This document shows positions 34,263 to 38,936 of a stretch of DNA of 38,936 nt, piece by piece. The position numbers were made by a program, and so were the translations under genes. The stretch lies in IMG/VR virus record IMGVR_UViG_3300029288_007068. One strand, 5' to 3'. Source of the stretch: a virus (Duplodnaviria; Heunggongvirae; Uroviricota; Caudoviricetes). How positions within the stretch are numbered: position 1 is the stretch's first letter; each line of letters starts with the position of its first letter. A model generated the notes under the pieces. It worked only from the letters and a program-made list of their open reading frames with translations. It ran no database searches and was not told the origin of the DNA.

Positions 34263-34348
34263 ATTATTTCATCTCCATAATACTATATGGTATTGGAGTA
34301 TATAAATTTTTTTATATGTTTAATAGTTACTATACTCTTGGAAGTTAA

Positions 34349-34834
34349 TCATAGTTTTTCCTTTAAAGAATTTTGATTTTGATAAGTGCCACTTCTTTGA
34401 GCATATAACCTTGAAGGAGTAGAATCCAACTGGTCAAATACTATTTGACATATCGTTCTCTTGCCATACTTTGGAATCACTATATCATCATCTGAAGAGT
34501 TATACATACTAAGAGCCAAATTCCCGCAATATCCAGCATCTACTACACTCGCCATAAGGATTAACCCTTTTCTGCCGTATGAGCTTCTTATCCAAAGAAA
34601 ACCCACAACATCTGCTGGCATCTCTACTCTCTCTTCAGTCATCCCAACAACAAATGTTTTCGCAGGAATAACTACATCAGCTTCATTGATGTTCTCAACT
34701 TCATCCTTTATTTTAATTTCTTTGATAGTCAAATCGTACCCATTGGGTGTTACTTGTTTCAATTCAAATGGTATGACTAAAGGTCTTCCAAAATGGTCTG
34801 CTCTTTTTATTATCTCTCTATCTACTAAAATCAT
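34349..34834 (-). CDS. dcd: dCTP deaminase / trimeric dUTPase superfamily protein
   Basis: QVTPNGYDL, IRSSYGRKG, VVDAGYCGNL, RTICQIVF, Y..RSGTYQNQ motifs. Confidence 0.9.
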   Translation of the reverse strand: MILVDREIIKRADHFGRPLVIPFELKQVTPNGYDLTIKEIKIKDEVENINEADVVIPAKTFVVGMTEERVEMPADVVGFLWIRSSYGRKGLILMASVVDAGYCGNLALSMYNSSDDDIVIPKYGKRTICQIVFDQLDSTPSRLYAQRSGTYQNQNSLKEKL

Positions 34835-34842
34835 ATTCTCAC

Positions 34843-37176
34843 CTACAAAAACGCATCTAATGAACTCGGTTTATTTTCTTTTTGAATATGGGATTCTTCG
34901 TATTCATCATCCCATCCGTTGTGTGTAGTATCTAAAAACTCATTTAAGGGAGTAAACATTTCGTATTCAGCTTGCATCATAGCAATAATCTTATCAACCT
35001 TGTTTTGGTAGTATTTGATATCTATGTCTTCTTTTTTGGTTAATTGGTAAAGCTCATAACCATCTCGGACTTTAATGTAGTGGTATTCATTTCCTATCTT
35101 TGGAGCTAAATTAAAATGACGTAACGCTCGTTGAGCCATTTGATAAGAAAGATGACTTCTTCCCTTTTCTGTGTACTGATGAGGATGTCTCGCCATTGTT
35201 ACTTGCATCGCAAAATCCCGGAGTTTGAAATCGTTTACATTTAAATTCTTATACTTCTTAACTATTACATCAGTTGACATTCCGCTTAACTTTGCGGTAG
35301 CCAATTCATTAATCACCATCTTACTCAATGGGTCTTTCGAAGACGCTTTCATTGCGGCGCCATGAAGAATTACTTTTCCCTTCTTCATTAAAACGTAATT
35401 CTTTGCCTTATGGAAAAACCCTCTTTCATATTCATCTATGTCAATCGTTAGATTTAACTTCTTCTTAAACTTCTTTTCAAGTGCTTCATTAAAATAAGTA
35501 AGAATACGTTCTTCATTATAATTCTCAGCCGAGAAGTAAACACCATCTGTATCCACTTCTATTACTGAACCGGGATACAACGTTTCCAATACATCTATAA
35601 GCAATTTCGCACACTCACGACCAATGCCAGTTGTTGCTACTGCTGTTGGCGCAAACCCAAACGGACTATTCGGTGAACCCATATTCCCATAAATCCCACC
35701 ATTAGCCTTTACTTTGGCGATATCACTTCTGGCGCGGGCAACCTTTGAATCTGTCTTTTTATATTCTGCTTTAAACTCAGCCCTCTCTTCCAAAAACCTA
35801 TTGATTGCCTTACTTAAAAAGCCTTCTTGCTTTAATGTTTGAACAACTACAATCTTATTTAGTTGGTTATCTGGGATGTAATAAGTAAAAGTATTTTCAT
35901 CTTCCTCTATTTTGAATCCATCTCTCTTATACTTTTCGTATCGTAGAAGTGTGCAAACATCTGGACTAAAGTTAAAAGATGCCGCGATGTTTGGATACAT
36001 AGAAGAATAGTCAGCCTTTAATACGGGCGTAAACAATCCTTTCTTCTTTATGAATACTAATGCACCCTGATAGTTAGAACCATCTTTTTCTTTGGTGCGT
36101 TGGAATATCTCCGGGTAGCGGTCGTAATTTGTGCCATCCGCCACAATGTTGTATTCGCGATATAAATCTCCCAATACAATAATACCTAAGTCGGTAGTGC
36201 TTAAGTTTACAGCCATGTTTAATGGGATTTTTAAGTCTTCTGCGGTATATTCTATTCCTTGCCAATAGATATCAAATAAAAACATTAACCTTGATACATC
36301 TTCTTTGTTATAAGCCACTAACTCTTCTGTTCCTACCGCTTCTGCTATTTCATCTCCAGTTAATACTTTCGCTGTACTCTTAAAACCAAAGTAATCTGAA
36401 ACAACCTTCAACCCTTTATTCGGAACATTACCACTCAACGATTGGTCACGTTCTGCAGATTCATAGACATCATAGACAACTATACCATCCATTCTAACTC
36501 CATGCTTACCACCAACGTAAGGCTTTACTCCATTTTTAGAAAAGAAAGTGATATCTATGTTGTTTGCCTTACATCTATCAAATAACATTGGCAAGTCATA
36601 ACTCTTATTATATATTACTTCTATATCTGGAGAAGGATAACATTCTTTATACTTCTGGAGTAGCTTTTCGTCTGTTGGCGTATCCGTTTTTAAGTAAAGA
36701 GTTCGAATTTTCCTATCATTCCCAGCAAAGCTTATTGATGTTAGTCTTTCTGTTGCATCCGGGAATAGTTTAGTTTTCGGACAATACTGCTCTATATCTA
36801 AAAAATCAAACTCCAAAGGATTGGTATGAGCGTATTTAGTATAAATCTCTGGACTATCAACCCGCTGTCTCAAAGTAAATGGAATATTGTCCTCAAAGGT
36901 TTTCCCGGAACCATAAACTTTTTCTACTTCTTCTTTTGCCTTTACTAATTGCTTTCTTGTAGTAAACTCATATTTATAAAAGGTTCGTTCTTGAAAATTA
37001 GAAAGCGCAATCTTTCTTACCTTCGTTCTCTTTACATACGGAATATTAAAATCTTCATAGGCATAGAAGTAAGGAAGAATGGGAGAAAGTATCTTGGTAT
37101 TTTTACCATTAGTCCAAATAGAAAGTTTTTCCTTTCCACCTTCTTCTATTGATTCAACTGATAATGGTATTTGCAT
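34843..37176 (-). CDS. polB: Family B DNA polymerase (RNA-primed, archaeal type) with 3'-5' exonuclease
   Basis: ExoI FLDIE, ExoII YNKSYDLPML, ExoIII YNKEDV; PolA ADYSSMYPNI, PolB KVKANGGIYG, PolC EVDTDG; N-terminal FEDNIPF segment like archaeal PolB. No TPR insertions typical of protein-primed enzymes seen. Confidence 0.95.
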   Translation of the reverse strand: MQIPLSVESIEEGGKEKLSIWTNGKNTKILSPILPYFYAYEDFNIPYVKRTKVRKIALSNFQERTFYKYEFTTRKQLVKAKEEVEKVYGSGKTFEDNIPFTLRQRVDSPEIYTKYAHTNPLEFDFLDIEQYCPKTKLFPDATERLTSISFAGNDRKIRTLYLKTDTPTDEKLLQKYKECYPSPDIEVIYNKSYDLPMLFDRCKANNIDITFFSKNGVKPYVGGKHGVRMDGIVVYDVYESAERDQSLSGNVPNKGLKVVSDYFGFKSTAKVLTGDEIAEAVGTEELVAYNKEDVSRLMFLFDIYWQGIEYTAEDLKIPLNMAVNLSTTDLGIIVLGDLYREYNIVADGTNYDRYPEIFQRTKEKDGSNYQGALVFIKKKGLFTPVLKADYSSMYPNIAASFNFSPDVCTLLRYEKYKRDGFKIEEDENTFTYYIPDNQLNKIVVVQTLKQEGFLSKAINRFLEERAEFKAEYKKTDSKVARARSDIAKVKANGGIYGNMGSPNSPFGFAPTAVATTGIGRECAKLLIDVLETLYPGSVIEVDTDGVYFSAENYNEERILTYFNEALEKKFKKKLNLTIDIDEYERGFFHKAKNYVLMKKGKVILHGAAMKASSKDPLSKMVINELATAKLSGMSTDVIVKKYKNLNVNDFKLRDFAMQVTMARHPHQYTEKGRSHLSYQMAQRALRHFNLAPKIGNEYHYIKVRDGYELYQLTKKEDIDIKYYQNKVDKIIAMMQAEYEMFTPLNEFLDTTHNGWDDEYEESHIQKENKPSSLDAFL

Positions 37177-37459
37177 TTGACTTCACTTTATGACTCCTTC
37201 CAAAACAAAAAATACAAATTGAACCACTTTTATTATGTTTAACTTCTTCTCTCAAATAATAACGTCTACATACATCGCAGAGTTTTTGCCTCTCTTTCGG
37301 CTTCTCTTCTTTTAACCACAACAACCGGTGACCATCACAACAGAAGTTATGTCTACTTCCAACTCGCGTGAATTCCGTTGGCGTGAACTTCACTCTACAG
37401 TAAGAACAAACCAACTTATTCCTTTTCTGCATGCTGTGCAATACTCCATAACATCGCAC
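37154..37459 (-). CDS. Cys-rich zinc-binding protein (101 aa)
   Basis: CSYC, FCCDGH, CDVC and CIFC motifs. Confidence 0.75.
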   Translation of the reverse strand: MRCYGVLHSMQKRNKLVCSYCRVKFTPTEFTRVGSRHNFCCDGHRLLWLKEEKPKERQKLCDVCRRYYLREEVKHNKSGSICIFCFGRSHKVKSNANTIIS

Positions 37460-37631
37460 TACTTGCCGCTTCCTTTGATATCTCTTTTTTCCGTCCTCTT
37501 TTGGGAATTAGTTTTAAGTTAACTTGACAAACTTCACTGCCCTTACTTATACTTAAACGTCTGCACACCTTCTTACTTTTACATTGATTGCATTTGACAT
37601 TTTCCCAATCAACCACTTTAACCACCATCAT
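37416..37631 (-). CDS. Small Cys-containing basic protein (~70 aa)
   Basis: CNQCKSKKVC...C; start likely at MMVVKVV. Confidence 0.6.
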   Translation of the reverse strand: MMVVKVVDWENVKCNQCKSKKVCRRLSISKGSEVCQVNLKLIPKRGRKKEISKEAASSAMLWSIAQHAEKE

Positions 37632-38052
37632 TCCTGTGAATCCAAGCATACCATCCTTCATAACCACCCTGCATCATATAGATTGGACCGTATACATTCC
37701 CAATCAAGCCTTTACAATACGCTATTGCCGCGTCATCGGGTGTACTATAAACTAATATTGGGCGGGTTGCATCGTAATACATTGATGGGTCTGTTGACCA
37801 CACAGCCTTCGTAACATAAAAACCCTGTAAGTAATGAGAACTATCTGTATTCGCATCCACCACTAACAAATCGGCTTGAGTATTGATTAGGTTATCTCCA
37901 CGTTGACTATCTACTGAATAATATCCCTGTGTCGTTCCCGGCTTGTATCCACTCGGCATCATAGAAGACGATGCTATTAACCATAGCAATAATATACCAA
38001 TGGTTACTAATCCAGCTGCTACTACTTTTCCTTTTTTCGTTAATTCAATCAT
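37618..38052 (-). CDS. Membrane-anchored rhodanese-like domain protein lacking the catalytic Cys
   Basis: N-terminal TM; LLVVDA (VIDVR-like), GFYVTKAV (GHIPGA position), RPILVYS (IVVYC position), IYMMQGGYEGW (C-terminal rhodanese signature). Confidence 0.65.
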   Translation of the reverse strand: MIELTKKGKVVAAGLVTIGILLLWLIASSSMMPSGYKPGTTQGYYSVDSQRGDNLINTQADLLVVDANTDSSHYLQGFYVTKAVWSTDPSMYYDATRPILVYSTPDDAAIAYCKGLIGNVYGPIYMMQGGYEGWYAWIHRNDGG

Positions 38053-38326
38053 TTCTACCACCTACGCTAACGTTGTGAAAGCATCTATAACTATGTGTGA
38101 AGTAATAGACAAACACAACCCAAATAAGAATGAACAAAGGAATATGGAACGGTCGCCCCATTGATAACACTTTCGAGATAAGATGGTCGACATCACAAAA
38201 TATCCCAGCGACCCCGTAAGTAATGAAATGACAAAATGGGTGCACTCGCAACGTATGATATACTCGAGTGAGTAATCGTCGTAATAATACTTTGGAGTTC
38301 CAAAGAAACGATTTAAGATATCCCAT
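38045..38326 (-). CDS. Small membrane protein with D-x-D-H and R-x-x-H motifs (93 aa)
   Basis: ATG 1 nt after the resolvase stop; GIFCDVDHL and GRPFH resemble YdjM-type metal-binding motifs. Confidence 0.6.
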   Translation of the reverse strand: MGYLKSFLWNSKVLLRRLLTRVYHTLRVHPFCHFITYGVAGIFCDVDHLISKVLSMGRPFHIPLFILIWVVFVYYFTHSYRCFHNVSVGGRND

Positions 38327-38331
38327 ATCAA
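38062..38331 (-). CDS. Overlapping alternative-frame membrane ORF (89 aa, TTG start) ending in SHIVID
   Basis: Open for its whole length in a second frame over the previous gene; two hydrophobic segments; H-x-x-x-D motif. Confidence 0.4.
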   Translation of the reverse strand: MIWDILNRFFGTPKYYYDDYSLEYIIRCECTHFVISLLTGSLGYFVMSTILSRKCYQWGDRSIFLCSFLFGLCLSITSHIVIDAFTTLA

Positions 38332-38936
38332 TTAATTCCCTCTTCTTTTGCTCTTTTTATTAACGTTGGTAGTGATACTTTAATTTCTTTTGATATCTTG
38401 TTAAAACTATATCCGTGTGAACGTCTATCTTTTACTATCTCCATATCAATGACTTTCTTTGGTCTATTCATTGGTTTTCCAGACTTTGTACCATGCGTTT
38501 TTGCCCATTCTTTACCAGCTTGCATCCTTTCTACAATAATATCTCGTTCAAACTCAGCAACATCAGATAATACATGGAACATAAACCTTCCCTGTGAATT
38601 TGATAAATCAATATTCTCCTTAACCGATAAAAAACGTTTACCGACGTCTTTAATTTTATCCAAATTATGTTTTATATCGTCAGTACTTCTTCCAAATCTA
38701 AAAACAGAATAAAACATAATTCCCTTAACTTCTTGGTCTTCTATAACTCGCTTAAGGGCTTTTTCAAACTCTGGTCTAAACTTAATACCAGATACCCCCT
38801 CGTCAGCGTAAACTTTAATTAATTCAATATCGTTCATAGCTGCCAGTTTCATTAACGCATCCTTTTGAAAGTCAAGACTGTTGCCTTGGATTTGAGTAAC
38901 AGTTGATACTCTGATATAACCAATAAATTTATCCAT
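38328..38936 (-). CDS. Small serine recombinase (resolvase/invertase family) with C-terminal HTH
   Basis: GYIRVST (catalytic Ser), ADEGVSG, RPEF, RFGRS, FERDIIVERMQAG, GRP-like NRP, C-terminal HTH. The ATG is the last three bases of the window. Confidence 0.92.
   Translation of the reverse strand: MDKFIGYIRVSTVTQIQGNSLDFQKDALMKLAAMNDIELIKVYADEGVSGIKFRPEFEKALKRVIEDQEVKGIMFYSVFRFGRSTDDIKHNLDKIKDVGKRFLSVKENIDLSNSQGRFMFHVLSDVAEFERDIIVERMQAGKEWAKTHGTKSGKPMNRPKKVIDMEIVKDRRSHGYSFNKISKEIKVSLPTLIKRAKEEGIN

Larger units (their letters stand above)
1..38936. mobile_element. Archaeal virus genome (segment), probably spindle-shaped virus
   Basis: No housekeeping genes. Contains tandem two-hydrophobic-helix capsid-like genes with N-glycosylation sequons, giant glycoproteins, an ATPase, archaeal-type PolB and dcd. 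Archaeal TATA boxes and GGAGG/GGTG ribosome-binding sites are present. Host lineage cannot be fixed from sequence alone. Confidence 0.85.

Noticed and set aside
1-38936. Window as a closed circular genome
   Set aside because: No terminal repeat seen. Joining the ends would end the spike ORF 28 codons into the resolvase gene and leave the resolvase with no RBS or promoter.
1-38936. tRNA, rRNA or attachment-site remnants
   Set aside because: No cloverleaf or rRNA-like sequence recognised in any intergenic region; no integrase present.

Overview
The window reads as most or all of the genome of an archaeal virus, very probably spindle-shaped (lemon-shaped). It carries four tandem two-helix major-capsid-like paralogs, several giant N-glycosylated surface/adhesin proteins, an FtsK/HerA-A32-type ATPase, an archaeal-type family B DNA polymerase, dCTP deaminase, an RFC-like AAA+ ATPase and a small serine resolvase. 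Nearly all genes are on the minus strand. A >1559-codon ORF (4679 to <1) and several small genes are missing from the supplied ORF track. The most striking element is at 33004-34262: a divergent Cas7/RAMP-like gene followed downstream by a non-coding array. The array has three tracts of degenerate 5-nt repeats (3 conserved + 2 variable bases; ATR-NN on the minus strand), punctuated by hairpins with a conserved CAAA loop and compensatory changes. This resembles a viral RNA-guided (VIPR-like) system, but with a different repeat motif and in an archaeal virus. All family assignments come from motifs read by eye; no database searches were run.
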